32,000 nucleotides of DNA, taken from Desulfotalea psychrophila LSv54 (GTDB lineage Bacteria > Desulfobacterota > Desulfobulbia > Desulfobulbales > Desulfocapsaceae). A program made the translations under genes and the position numbers. Position 1 is the stretch's first letter; each line of letters begins with the position of its first letter. This document shows, one piece after another, positions 1-9,380 of the stretch. The stretch covers positions 1,170,001 to 1,202,000 of the forward strand of contig NC_006138.1 of assembly GCF_000025945.1 (NCBI RefSeq), given 5' to 3'. Below the pieces are notes generated by a model. That model was not told where the DNA came from. It saw only the letters and a list, made by a program, of their open reading frames with translations, and made no database searches.

Positions 1-324
1 GAGTTTGGCGATGGGGGACAGGCTAGTTCCGGACGAAAAGAGCTGGTGGTTCAGGGCTTTGTCACAGCCGTTGCCAATCCTAAGGGTTGGGCCTTTTTTG
101 TCTCTCTCTTGCCGCCCTTTATCGATGCCAGCCAGCCTCTTACGCTTCAGCTGAGTATGCTTGTCTCTTTTATTCTGATCATTGAGTTCTGCTTTCTCCT
201 CTTCTATGCTCAGGGCGGTAAGACCCTGCGCAAGTTTTTGCAGAAGAGGGGCAATGTGCAACGGATTAACCGTCTTGCCGGAGTGATGATGGTGGCTGTT
301 GGCTTCTGGCTGGCCCTGGGCTAG
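1..324 (+). CDS. LysE/RhtB family exporter, C-terminal part (5' end outside window)
   Basis: Open frame from base 1; protein ...VVQGFVTAVANPKGWAFFVSLLPPFID...LAGVMMVAVGFWLAL is typical of the C-terminal half of LysE/RhtB transporters. Confidence 0.88.
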   Translation, partial: EFGDGGQASSGRKELVVQGFVTAVANPKGWAFFVSLLPPFIDASQPLTLQLSMLVSFILIIEFCFLLFYAQGGKTLRKFLQKRGNVQRINRLAGVMMVAVGFWLALG

Positions 325-339
325 TACAGTATAACAGTT

Positions 340-517
340 AACCACAGAGAGCACTGAGGACACAGAGGGAATTAATTAAAAAGCAACAGCGAAGCGTAGC
401 GAAGTGGCGAAAAGCGAAAAACGGTTAATCAGATAGAGGAAAAAATTGTAGCCGCTCTTACTCGCTAACTAATTTTATCTCATACAAAAACTCCGTGTTC
501 TCTGTGCTTCTGTGGTT
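340..517. repeat. Intergenic element bounded by ~27-bp imperfect inverted repeats
   Basis: Left arm AACCACAGAGAGCACTGAGGACACAGAG (from 340); right arm 491-517 is CTCCGTGTTCTCTGTGCTTCTGTGGTT, whose reverse complement AACCACAGAAGCACAGAGAACACGGAG matches with about 3 mismatches and 1 indel. Confidence 0.75.
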
Positions 518-541
518 TTTTAAAAAAAGTCCGACAGACTC

Positions 542-1864
542 CTAGGGCTTTTTCTTGAGTTGTTCTGCCTTCAGTGCCTGCCACCAGTCCAGGCGTTTCT
601 GGATATCTTTTTCAAAGCCGAAGGATGAGGGCTTGTAGTACTCCTGTTCCTCCATTTCCTCTGGGAAGTATCGTTGGTAGCTGTAGCTGTTTTCGTAGTC
701 GTGGGAGTAGCGGTAGTTCTTCTTGTATCCCAGTTCAGCCATAAGTCTGGTGGGGGCGTTGCAGATATCCAGAGGCACCTTGTGTTGTCCGGTTTTCAGG
801 GCATCTTCCCGAGCCTGGAGGTAGGCAATTTCAACCCGGTTGCTCTTTGGGGCGGTGGCCAGATAGATAACCAGTTGGGTCATGACCGTATTGGCCTCCG
901 GCATGCCCAAGAAGTGGACTGCATCTTTGCAGGCCACGGCTTGAACAAGTGCCTGTGGGTCGGCAAGGCCAACATCTTCCGTGGCGATTCGAACCAGCCT
1001 GCGGGTGATATACATGGGGTCTTCCCCCGACTCTAACATTCGGGCCAGCCAGTATATTGCCGCCTGTGGGTCACTGCCACGGATGGATTTCTGTAGGGCG
1101 GAGATGAGGTTGAAGTGCTCCTCTCCCCGTTTATCGTAAAAGAGTGATCGCTGCGAGATTGCCTGTATCGCCTTTTCTATGTCAATACTGTCTCCCGTCG
1201 CTCCGCTCCTGGCAACTGTTTCCAAGTGGTTGAGGGCCTTGCGTCCGTCTCCTCCGGATTTTTCGGCAAGCATTGTTAGGGCCTGATCGCTTATATGAAT
1301 CTCTCTGGGGATCTCTTTTAGGGCTCTGGTCATGATGGATTTTATATCTTCAATAGAGAGTGGCTGAAGGGTGAAGACATGGCAGCGGGAGAGAAGGGCG
1401 GAGATTACCTCAAAGGAGGGGTTTTCTGTGGTCGCCCCTAAAAGAACAATGGCACCTGATTCCACATAGGGAAGAAAGGCATCCTGTTGTGATTTGTTAA
1501 AGCGGTGAATTTCATCGACAAAGACCAGAGTCTTTTGCCCTTCTGCCTGTAGGCGAAAGCGGGCCTGTTCCATCAGGGCCTTTACCTCGGCAATTTTAGT
1601 AAGGACGGCACTGAGAGAGGCGAAGATATGTTTGGTGTGGGTTTCGATGAAGCGGGCGATGGTGGTCTTGCCGGTGCCGGGAGGGCCCCAGAGAATGAAG
1701 GATGAGTAGTCATCCTGCTCTATCATGGAACGTAGGATAGAACCTTTTTCCAGTAGCTTGTTCTGGCCATGGATCTCTTCAAGTTTCTGTGGACGGGCGC
1801 GTTCTGCGAGGGGGGCCTTGGTTGATGCGGGTATAGAATCAACCAGGCTGAACTGTTTTGACAT
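542..1864 (-). CDS. rarA: Replication-associated recombination protein A (RarA/MgsA AAA+ ATPase)
   Basis: 440 aa; Walker A WGPPGTGKTT, Walker B VFVDEIHRFNKSQQDAFLP, GATTENPSF, characteristic of RarA/MgsA. Confidence 0.96.
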   Translation of the reverse strand: MSKQFSLVDSIPASTKAPLAERARPQKLEEIHGQNKLLEKGSILRSMIEQDDYSSFILWGPPGTGKTTIARFIETHTKHIFASLSAVLTKIAEVKALMEQARFRLQAEGQKTLVFVDEIHRFNKSQQDAFLPYVESGAIVLLGATTENPSFEVISALLSRCHVFTLQPLSIEDIKSIMTRALKEIPREIHISDQALTMLAEKSGGDGRKALNHLETVARSGATGDSIDIEKAIQAISQRSLFYDKRGEEHFNLISALQKSIRGSDPQAAIYWLARMLESGEDPMYITRRLVRIATEDVGLADPQALVQAVACKDAVHFLGMPEANTVMTQLVIYLATAPKSNRVEIAYLQAREDALKTGQHKVPLDICNAPTRLMAELGYKKNYRYSHDYENSYSYQRYFPEEMEEQEYYKPSSFGFEKDIQKRLDWWQALKAEQLKKKP

Positions 1865-1941
1865 GGCGCAAACCTCCTGTAGTGTACAGCAGAAACAGCA
1901 ATGCCCAGTATGAAAACATACTGGGCATTGCGGATAATTTC

Positions 1942-2018
1942 TGGTGCACCCGAAGGGATTCGAACCCCTGACACCCAGGTTCGAAGCCTGGTGCTCTATC
2001 CAGCTGAGCTACGAGTGC
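1942..2018 (-). tRNA. tRNA-Arg (anticodon TCG), CCA encoded
   Basis: Reverse complement GCACTCGTAGCTCAGCTGGATAGAGCACCAGGCTTCGAACCTGGGTGTCAGGGGTTCGAATCCCTTCGGGTGCACCA folds as a cloverleaf; acceptor GCACTCG/CGGGTGC, anticodon loop CTTCGAA, T arm GGTTCGAATCC. Confidence 0.96.
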
Positions 2019-2695
2019 ACAACGTGCACAATAAATACCATGTTATTTTCTTTCGGTCAAGGATAAAGGTTGAGCTTAAGTTCTGGTTGCGTCCGGGGCA
2101 TAACTCAAAGAAATTCTATGAAAAATATATGGGTTGAGTCTTCTCTTTTATCCTGGCGATTTTCTGGGGCAAACGCATGGGCAAGGGACTGCCTTCTGGG
2201 GTGCCTCTTACGCTTTTGTCGTTTTTTTAGGGTAGAAATTTTATACGGGCGTATTTTATGTGGCCTTGAGGCTAATAAAATCAAATTTTAACAGTATGTT
2301 TATCTGTGCTTCCGGGGCTGGGTCGAGGGGCTGGGGCGATAGTTTTCTTGCGCAAACAAGATAAAGATGCTATTTTAAAATGTTTAACTTTTTCTTCTTA
2401 CTCTGTTCTGAGTAGATTACTCACTTTTAGACTGACACGTCTAGTAGCTGATGGCTCTTTGCCTCTGCTTTGAGTGTAATCGTGCGGATGTGAATATGGC
2501 ATTGCCTCTGAGGGGTCCATTAAAGTAGCTTACTATCCTGAGACCAGACTCCTCTTCTTCTGCCCTGTCTTGCAGATGATTCTCTTGACCCTATAGGAAC
2601 CTTGCTAGAAAAGAAACATTATGCCTTAAGGCATTGAATTTATAATTTGTTATATTGTATTTATATTAATTTTTATTTTTGAAGGACGAGAGATA

Positions 2696-3880
2696 ATGTG
2701 TAATCAGACGACAAAGCCTGTTGAGTTTATTATGCCACCGATAACGGTTATAGGTTCAGGAGCAATCAGAGAGTTACCGGAACGACTTGTTGCAATTCAG
2801 GGAACAAAGCCCCTGGTTGTTACTGATAAGGGGATGACTGCTCTTGGCGTTACTGCAACCATCGTAGGTATATTAGAAAAGGCTGGCATGGCCTGTGCTG
2901 TTTATGATGAGACTGTGCCCAACCCAACCGATAAAAATGTTGAAGCTGGTCTTGCCGCATATGTGGCCCATGGTTGTGACTCTATTATTACCCTTGGTGG
3001 TGGTAGTGCCCATGATTGTGGTAAGGGTATTGGCCTGGTGGCAACCAACGGTGGCAGAATTCATGACTATGAAGGTGTCAATAAATCTCATGCTCGTATG
3101 CCGAGTTTTATTGCGATTAACACCACAGCAGGAACTGCCTCGGAGATGACTCGTTTCTGTATCATCACCGACAGTGTGCGTAAGGTGAAGATGACAATTG
3201 TCGATCGTCGTGTAACTCCTCGCCTTGCCATGGATGATCCTGATCTGATGTTGGGCCTTCCTCCCGGTCTTACCGCTGCAACCGGTCTTGACGCCCTGAC
3301 TCACGCTATTGAAGCATTTGTCTCCACCGATGCTACCCATATGACCGATGCCAATGCTGAAAAGGCAATTAAGTTGATTGCCAAGTATCTGCGTCGTGCC
3401 GTGGGGAATGGTCGCAATGTTGAGGCTCGTGAGGCGATGTGTTATGCCCAGTATCAGGCGGGGATGGCCTTTAATAACGCAGGGCTTGGCTATGTGCATG
3501 CCATGGCCCATCAGCTTGGCGGTTATCTCAATTTACCCCATGGTGAGTGTAACGCAATCCTTCTGCCCTATGTCTGTGAGTTCAATATGATTGCCTGTAT
3601 GGATCGTTTTGCCGAGATGGCAGACCTCCTTGGGGTCAAAGAGGGGGCCCGCACTCAGAGGGAGATGGCTCTTAATGTAATTAAGGCGATCAGGGATCTG
3701 ATGGATGATGTGGCTATTCCACCAAGCCTTACCGCTCTGGCAGCTAAGTATGGTAAGACAGTCAATCCGGAAGATTTTGTTATGATGGCCGAAAATGCCA
3801 TGAAGGATGCCTGTGCTGCCACCAATCCGCGGCGGATGAGCATGGAAAATATTATTGCCATCTACCAGGCCGTTCTCTAG
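2696..3880 (+). CDS. Iron-containing alcohol dehydrogenase (group III, 1,3-propanediol/ethanol dehydrogenase type)
   Basis: 394 aa; ITLGGGSAHDCGKGI, TAGTASEMTRFCIIT, TGLDALTHAIEAFVS, GYVHAMAHQLGG, LPHGECNAILLP motifs of Fe-ADHs. Confidence 0.95.
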   Translation: MCNQTTKPVEFIMPPITVIGSGAIRELPERLVAIQGTKPLVVTDKGMTALGVTATIVGILEKAGMACAVYDETVPNPTDKNVEAGLAAYVAHGCDSIITLGGGSAHDCGKGIGLVATNGGRIHDYEGVNKSHARMPSFIAINTTAGTASEMTRFCIITDSVRKVKMTIVDRRVTPRLAMDDPDLMLGLPPGLTAATGLDALTHAIEAFVSTDATHMTDANAEKAIKLIAKYLRRAVGNGRNVEAREAMCYAQYQAGMAFNNAGLGYVHAMAHQLGGYLNLPHGECNAILLPYVCEFNMIACMDRFAEMADLLGVKEGARTQREMALNVIKAIRDLMDDVAIPPSLTALAAKYGKTVNPEDFVMMAENAMKDACAATNPRRMSMENIIAIYQAVL

Positions 3881-3920
3881 GGTTCTAGGCTGGAGTATCG
3901 GTTGTTATGCTTTTAAGAAA

Positions 3921-3959
3921 AGAGCCCCCGAAGCCTTTAAGGTTCGGGGGCTCTTTTTG
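3921..3959 (+). terminator. Rho-independent terminator
   Basis: Perfect 12-bp stem AGAGCCCCCGAA (3921-3932) / TTCGGGGGCTCT (3943-3954), 10-nt loop, followed by a T run, 40 bp after the dehydrogenase stop. Confidence 0.93.
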
Positions 3960-4005
3960 TTATGCTCTCTTGCCCTGCCAGTCGGTATTTCCTTAGGGCT
4001 GGGTA

Positions 4006-5133
4006 TTGCCGTTGAGATATGGTAATTTACCTTTTAAATTTCTAACCGTGCCGGAATTACCCTGTTTTTCTGGTGCTCTCATAAAGTCTTATCTAATCGG
4101 GTGCCTCTCCTTGAAATCCAATCCATTTCCTGAAAACGCCGCAGGCCTTGCCAAAAAATACCTCAGCCCGGAGATCTTGCAGGCGCTCAAAGGTGAAACA
4201 ACGGACAGTGGCTTTACCCTGGCCATGGCCATCCGCTCCGGAGTGCTTAATCCGGATAGTTCCATTGGCATATATGCGGGCGATGCCCAATCTTATCGGA
4301 CATTCGCAGCGATTTTACATCCCATCATTGAGGAATACCATGGGGTTTCTGGGGAGGTGCGTCAGGAGTCTGATCTGGCCGCAGTAACTCTTGCGAACCT
4401 TGACCCCGAGGGCAGATATATTCGCTCCAGCCGGGTACGGGTGGCCAGAAACCTCAGGGGCTTTCCCTTTACCAACCATCTTAAGCTGGAGGAGAGAAGA
4501 CGGTTGGAGGAGAAGATTGTAGCGGCCCTCTCCGTTCTTGCAGATGATCTCAGGGGGGAGTATCACTCCTTTGAACTGCTTGGGGCGGAGAAGATGGCCG
4601 CGCTCAGGGCTGAGAAGCTCATCTTTTCTAAGGGGGACAGGTTTCAGGAGGCGGCTGGCTTTAATGCCGATTTTCCAAAATCGAGGGGGATTTTCTTTTC
4701 AGCGGATAAGGGCCTTAGGATATGGCTGGGGGAAGAGGATCATATGCGTATTATCAGCCAAGAGGGATCGGCTGATCTGGCCGCAGTCTTCAACCGTCTT
4801 GGTCGGGCTCTTACGACTCTTGAGGCGAGCCTGGACTTTGTTCGGGATGAGAGCTATGGCTACTTGAGCTCCTGTCCCACCAATATTGGTACCACCATGA
4901 GGGCCGGCGTCCATATTTATCTGGAAAAGCTTAACTGTAACCGGCAGCTACTTGATGCTCTCACCGAAAAACATGATTTGCAGATTCGGGGCACAGGCGG
5001 TGAGAAGACCGAGGTGGATGGTGCCGTCTTTGATATTAGCAATAGAAGGCGTCTGGGCATCTCCGAACGACAGATTATCACTGGCCTCCATGCCGGCCTG
5101 CAGGAGATCATCGAAGCGGAAAAATCCCTCTGA
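4006..5133 (+). CDS. Phosphagen kinase family protein (arginine/creatine kinase-like, with N-terminal helical domain); start codon uncertain
   Basis: SSRVRVARNLRGFPFTNH, EDHMRIISQ, DESYGYLSSCPTNIGTTMRAGVHIYL and ENAAGLAKKYLSPEIL / SSIGIYAGDAQSYRTF N-terminal features match eukaryotic-type ATP:guanido phosphotransferases. The 4006 start is TTG; the true start may be further downstream. Confidence 0.93.
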   Translation: MPLRYGNLPFKFLTVPELPCFSGALIKSYLIGCLSLKSNPFPENAAGLAKKYLSPEILQALKGETTDSGFTLAMAIRSGVLNPDSSIGIYAGDAQSYRTFAAILHPIIEEYHGVSGEVRQESDLAAVTLANLDPEGRYIRSSRVRVARNLRGFPFTNHLKLEERRRLEEKIVAALSVLADDLRGEYHSFELLGAEKMAALRAEKLIFSKGDRFQEAAGFNADFPKSRGIFFSADKGLRIWLGEEDHMRIISQEGSADLAAVFNRLGRALTTLEASLDFVRDESYGYLSSCPTNIGTTMRAGVHIYLEKLNCNRQLLDALTEKHDLQIRGTGGEKTEVDGAVFDISNRRRLGISERQIITGLHAGLQEIIEAEKSL

Positions 5134-5291
5134 TTCTAAGGCAGGTCCAGAAACGAAGAAAGTGGCTTATAGCAAGATGCTGTGAGTCCTTTTGAAATTG
5201 TGGTGTGGGCGTGGACGGGAGGTTGTGTGGCGGCTTGTCGAAGCCATAGAAAGACTTTTGTTGAGCGGCCCTGTTCAGCCATTATCTGCCC

Positions 5292-5534
5292 TTATTGGAG
5301 AAGATCTTTTTTTATCTGTGCAAATTCTTCTTTGCTTATCTCTCCTCTGGCGTATCGTTTTTTCAGGATATCGAGGGCAGACTCTGGACCCTGCGCATGA
5401 TCGGAGTCAGACCATGGTCCTCTGGCAGTTCCCCGGCCAAATATCAGGTAGATGACAACCAGTAGGGCAACAATCACAGAAATCGGAAACATCCACATTC
5501 CACCCATCCAAAAAAATTCCGGTCCCATTTTCAC
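5292..5534 (-). CDS. Small membrane protein with C-terminal SHOCT domain
   Basis: 80 aa; one TM helix then ALDILKKRYARGEISKEEFAQIKKDL, the SHOCT signature. Confidence 0.87.
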   Translation of the reverse strand: MKMGPEFFWMGGMWMFPISVIVALLVVIYLIFGRGTARGPWSDSDHAQGPESALDILKKRYARGEISKEEFAQIKKDLLQ

Positions 5535-5739
5535 TCTCCTCTGTTTTTACATAGGGGCGATACATGGCATTGTACGCATGTTGGAATGGTATCACGGGGC
5601 CCTGGAAAAACAAAACTTAGGGCAAGGTCTAACTTGGGTGAGTAGAGCTCTTTTGGGAAGGGAAGGTGGCGATAGTTGTAGAGGGGCATCATGGGTACAG
5701 GTGAGCGGAAGAGGCTTGCCTCTTCCGCAAGGGCTGAGC

Positions 5740-5931
5740 CTATTCTGTGGCCTCGTGGATCTTTTCTTTTACTGAGCTGAAGATTGTGTCGATTTTTTTA
5801 CCAGCTTGCTCTGCGTTAAAGGCCTTATCTATTTTTTTGCCTACTTTTTCTGCGCCGCCCTCTTGGTCACAGGCCGTGATTGAAAATGCTAAGGCCAGCA
5901 GGGCGATAAGCAGTATTGTCTTAATTTTCAT
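5740..5931 (-). CDS. Small predicted lipoprotein
   Basis: MKIKTILLIALLALAFSITACDQEGG has signal peptide and lipobox SITAC; ORF track extends upstream to 6000 but the internal ATG at 5931 gives a clean signal peptide. Confidence 0.7.
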   Translation of the reverse strand: MKIKTILLIALLALAFSITACDQEGGAEKVGKKIDKAFNAEQAGKKIDTIFSSVKEKIHEATE

Positions 5932-5942
5932 CTCTTCTCTCC

Positions 5943-6104
5943 TTATTTGTTTTTTGCCACAACCCATACGGCATGGACAATCCCGGGGATATATCCGCAT
6001 AGGGTTAAAATAATATTAATCCAGAAGTGTTTGCCGATACCAACCTGGAGAAAGGCGCCTAAGGGTGGCAGTATGATTGCGCATATGATTTTGATAAGTT
6101 CCAT
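5943..6104 (-). CDS. YqaE/Pmp3 family membrane protein
   Basis: MELIKIICAIILPPLGAFLQVGIGKHFWINIILTLCGYIPGIVHAVWVVAK is the full Pmp3/YqaE two-helix pattern; start could be 6125. Confidence 0.93.
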   Translation of the reverse strand: MELIKIICAIILPPLGAFLQVGIGKHFWINIILTLCGYIPGIVHAVWVVAKNK

Positions 6105-6179
6105 GGATGTATCCCTATGTCTCAAATGTGGTTAATGGCTGGGGCCTGTATTAGGCCTTTCGCCTATGAGCTCTGTTTG

Positions 6180-6216
6180 TAATAAATAGAGTGGACTGTG
6201 ACAAGTGAAGTTTTTA
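6180..6216. promoter_or_regulatory. Shared upstream element copy 1 (see 18902)
   Basis: TAATAAATAGAGTGGACTGTGACAAGTGAAGTTTTT, near-identical to 18902-18938; lies 76 bp upstream of the Pmp3 start. Confidence 0.45.
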
Positions 6217-6365
6217 GAGTTGTTTGGTAGGGGGGCGGGAAAAACGGGGACGAGCGGAAATTCAAAAGGAATTCAGGGGAAAATTCCATAAGTGCCTTGC
6301 CCATTGTGGTGGAGATGGTTGTGCAGGATTTGTCTGCCAGCCCGTTGGAATGTCAGGTTTACCGA

Positions 6366-7730
6366 CTATCCCTGGCTTTCTTCATAGCGTTGCAACTTAC
6401 GGTAGAGGGTTTTTCGGTCAAGCTGAAGAATTCGCGCGGCCAGGGTTCTGTTATTATCTGAAACTTTTAATACATGGGTAATATAGCGTCTCTCCATCTC
6501 TTCCATGGAGACAAGTTCCATGGGGTCCTGGTCTCCCAGAAGGATGCAGTCGCCCCGGAAATGCCGAATCTTTTCAGGAAGATCTTCTGGCATAAGTGTG
6601 TCAAAAGCAGTGAGCGCTACTGCGTGCTCGATGGCATTGCGCAGTTCTCGAACATTACCCGGCCAGGCGTAGCGCAGGAGTTTCCCGGCCACAGTATCGG
6701 AAAACCCTATAACCTTCTTCTCTTGCCGAGTGGCAAAGGCATCCATGAACTTCTTGGCCAGGAGCAAAATATCCGCTCCTCGTGAGCGCAGGGGGGGGAG
6801 TTCAATCTTGATAACATTGAGACGGTAGTAAAGGTCTTCTCGAAAAAGGCCATCCTCCACAGCCGACTCAAGATCACGATTGGTAGCGGCAATGATTCGT
6901 ACATCAAAGGGAAGCTCTCTTTGCCCACCTACGGGCCGCACGCACCGCTCCTCAAGGGCCCGTAAAAGTTTAGGCTGAAGCTTCAACGGAATTTCACCCA
7001 CCTCGTCGAGAAAAAGGGTGCCACCGTTTGCTGCCATAAAGAGGCCTGAATTATGGTTTTGGGCATCGGTAAAGGCACCTTTTTTATGTCCAAAGAGTTC
7101 ACTTTCAAGAAGCTGGCCGGGCATAGCGGCACAGTTGATGGTGATCAGGGGATTGTCTCTGCGACGACTATGCGTATGCACAGCCTTGGCAGTAAGTTCT
7201 TTGCCTGAACCACTTTCCCCGCTAATAAGAAGTGATGCCTCTGAATCTGCAATGCGGGCAAGCTGAGAAAAGAGTTTTTCCATAACAGGGCTTTCGCCCA
7301 TGAGGTTGTCAAAATGCTGTGGTTGCCCGATTTGATCACTGAGCTTTTTGACCCGGACCTTGAGTTCGCGATACTGTACAGCTCGCTCAAGACTCAGGGC
7401 CAGGATATCAATATCAAGGGGTTTGGTTACAAAGTCATAGGCACCTGAACGAATGGCTGATATAGCCGTATCCATACTACCGAAGGCGGTCATTATAATA
7501 ACCGGTATATCCGGCGTATTGGCCACAACCTCTTTACAAATATCAAGACCATTGGCATCGGGGAGATTGATATCTGACAGAACCACGTCTGTTGTTTCAG
7601 GATTGATGGCAGCCAGCCCCTCCTGCCCTGAAATATAGGTGGAGACGGCAAAACCACGCCGACGCAAACCCATCGCCAGCATATCACACATATCCTGATC
7701 ATCTTCTATGATGAGGATATTAGATTTCAT
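6366..7730 (-). CDS. Sigma54-dependent response regulator (NtrC/AtoC/ZraR type)
   Basis: 454 aa; REC domain IEDDQDMC..DVVLSDINLPDANG..K, AAA+ GESGSGKELTAKAVH / GAFTDA / GELFLDEVGEI-like, C-terminal Fis-type HTH NNRTLAARILQLDRKTLYRKLQ. Confidence 0.95.
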   Translation of the reverse strand: MKSNILIIEDDQDMCDMLAMGLRRRGFAVSTYISGQEGLAAINPETTDVVLSDINLPDANGLDICKEVVANTPDIPVIIMTAFGSMDTAISAIRSGAYDFVTKPLDIDILALSLERAVQYRELKVRVKKLSDQIGQPQHFDNLMGESPVMEKLFSQLARIADSEASLLISGESGSGKELTAKAVHTHSRRRDNPLITINCAAMPGQLLESELFGHKKGAFTDAQNHNSGLFMAANGGTLFLDEVGEIPLKLQPKLLRALEERCVRPVGGQRELPFDVRIIAATNRDLESAVEDGLFREDLYYRLNVIKIELPPLRSRGADILLLAKKFMDAFATRQEKKVIGFSDTVAGKLLRYAWPGNVRELRNAIEHAVALTAFDTLMPEDLPEKIRHFRGDCILLGDQDPMELVSMEEMERRYITHVLKVSDNNRTLAARILQLDRKTLYRKLQRYEESQG

Positions 7731-9195
7731 CTATGGTCTCCTGCATGGGGAGGTAGACGGAAAAGCAGGAACCATTGTCTGCCTCGCTTTTTACATCAAT
7801 CCAACCACCGTGTTCTTCAACCATGCCATGGGCAATGGAGAGTCCCAGTCCTGTACCGGTGCCTAAACCCTTGGTGGTAAAAAATGGAGTAAAAATATGG
7901 GCAAGATCGTCCTTGCTTATCCCTTCTCCCTCATCACGTATTCGTATCTTAAGATATTTTTGCTCTCTTCCATCCTCGTTTTCAAAGAGAGGTAGGATGG
8001 GATTGGTCAGACTAATATATATCTTGCCGCCGGATGGCATTGCCTGCACACTGTTCATAAGGAGGTTAATGAGGACCTGTTGGATTTGGGTAGCATCACA
8101 GTAGAGAGTACACTCACTTTTTTCCAGGCTATCGAGCTCAAAACTGACAGCCTGCTTGTTTCCCATGGGATGGAGAAGCTGAATGATCTGTTTGACCAGA
8201 AGACCCACATTGGTGTTTGAGGCTTTTTGTTTGGGGCATCTGGTGAATTCAAGCAGTTGACGTATAATTACCGCCATCCGCTCGGATTGACTCTTGATGA
8301 TGGTTGCGCACTCCTTAATTTCTTGCGGATTCAGCTCTTCGCGTATAATCATTTTTGCCCGTCCATCCACAACATTGAGAGGTGTTCCCAGTTCATGGGC
8401 AATCTCTGCTGCCAGCAGGCCAAAGGTGGAGAGGCGTTCAGTATGTCGCAGTTGATCAAGGGTTCTCAGTCGGGCGTCATGTTCAAAGCCAATTTTTTCT
8501 TTGGCGATAAGAAGCCGTGAACACATATCATTCATAACTGTGCTCATCTTGGCAAATTCACCCTCTCCTACTATCTGTTCATAGGCAGTAATCTCACCGT
8601 TACCTATCCTGCGTGCCTGCGCCATGAGTTTGCCCAGTGGCATCCGTATGTTTCGATTAATAATGATATAGAGAATAATACCGGAAATCAGGGCAAAAAG
8701 TCCTGCCATAATAAGTGCATGGAGAAGAAGATTCCTGGAATAGTGCTGCAAAAAGAAGAGGGTTTGATTAAGTTCCAGTGCACCCTTTCGCCCTGGACTC
8801 ACATCTACAGGAACATAGGTGTAACGATGAGTGGCACCATTTTTGTTTCGCATCTTCACCGAAACGATATTATCTGCAAGTAGGTTTTCGAGCTGGGCTT
8901 CTTTTTTGAGATTTGCCAGCGCATCTTCTGCAAGAGAATCAAACCATACCCAACGAATATCAATGCCACCTGCTTCACTGGCATCATGTATCAGCTCGAT
9001 AGCTTTTTCTTCACCACTTTCACGCCACACATGAGAAATCATGCCGGAGATGCTTTTCCCATCCTGAATAGCACTGGTAATCATATCAGTCTCATATTGA
9101 GCAATCGCTGCCCGAAAGCGTAGGTAGCTATCTGCACCAATCAGGAGAAGTACGCCCAGGAAGATAGAGACAAAAAGTTGATAAAAGAGTTTCAT
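7720..9195 (-). CDS. Membrane sensor histidine kinase (HAMP, HisKA, HATPase)
   Basis: 491 aa; two TMs, AAEIAHELGTPLNVV H-box, INLLMNSVQAMPSGG N-box, DEGEGIS, TTKGLGTGTGLGLSI; overlaps the regulator gene by 11 bp. Confidence 0.95.
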   Translation of the reverse strand: MKLFYQLFVSIFLGVLLLIGADSYLRFRAAIAQYETDMITSAIQDGKSISGMISHVWRESGEEKAIELIHDASEAGGIDIRWVWFDSLAEDALANLKKEAQLENLLADNIVSVKMRNKNGATHRYTYVPVDVSPGRKGALELNQTLFFLQHYSRNLLLHALIMAGLFALISGIILYIIINRNIRMPLGKLMAQARRIGNGEITAYEQIVGEGEFAKMSTVMNDMCSRLLIAKEKIGFEHDARLRTLDQLRHTERLSTFGLLAAEIAHELGTPLNVVDGRAKMIIREELNPQEIKECATIIKSQSERMAVIIRQLLEFTRCPKQKASNTNVGLLVKQIIQLLHPMGNKQAVSFELDSLEKSECTLYCDATQIQQVLINLLMNSVQAMPSGGKIYISLTNPILPLFENEDGREQKYLKIRIRDEGEGISKDDLAHIFTPFFTTKGLGTGTGLGLSIAHGMVEEHGGWIDVKSEADNGSCFSVYLPMQETIDEI

Positions 9196-9380
9196 AATGC
9201 CCTTGTAGGTTACTTATATCCTGAATTATCAGACCAGATATTAACAGCTTACTCAATTGCGAAAAAATTGCATGACAAAATGCAGAGGTATAGAACGTAC
9301 CAGAGAATTTATAAAACAGGGATTGATGGCGGGCTCTGCCATCAATTCTTGTACCGCCTTCGGCTCTGCCCGGGACGAGC

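Noticed and set aside
1901-2137. ORF 'APEGIRTPDTQVRSLVLYPAELRVHNV' as a protein
   Set aside because: This is a translation through the tRNA-Arg gene, a common mis-annotation.
2873-3511. 212-aa minus-strand ORF
   Set aside because: Antisense shadow ORF within the well-supported alcohol dehydrogenase gene. The same reasoning applies to 674-1036 and 10781-11383.
3921-3959. Strong hairpin as possible regulatory RNA
   Set aside because: Perfect stem followed by T run directly after a stop codon; an ordinary intrinsic terminator.
6791-6798. 8-G tract inside the response regulator as a phase-variation switch
   Set aside because: It encodes the conserved LPPLR motif in frame and is short; ordinary coding sequence.
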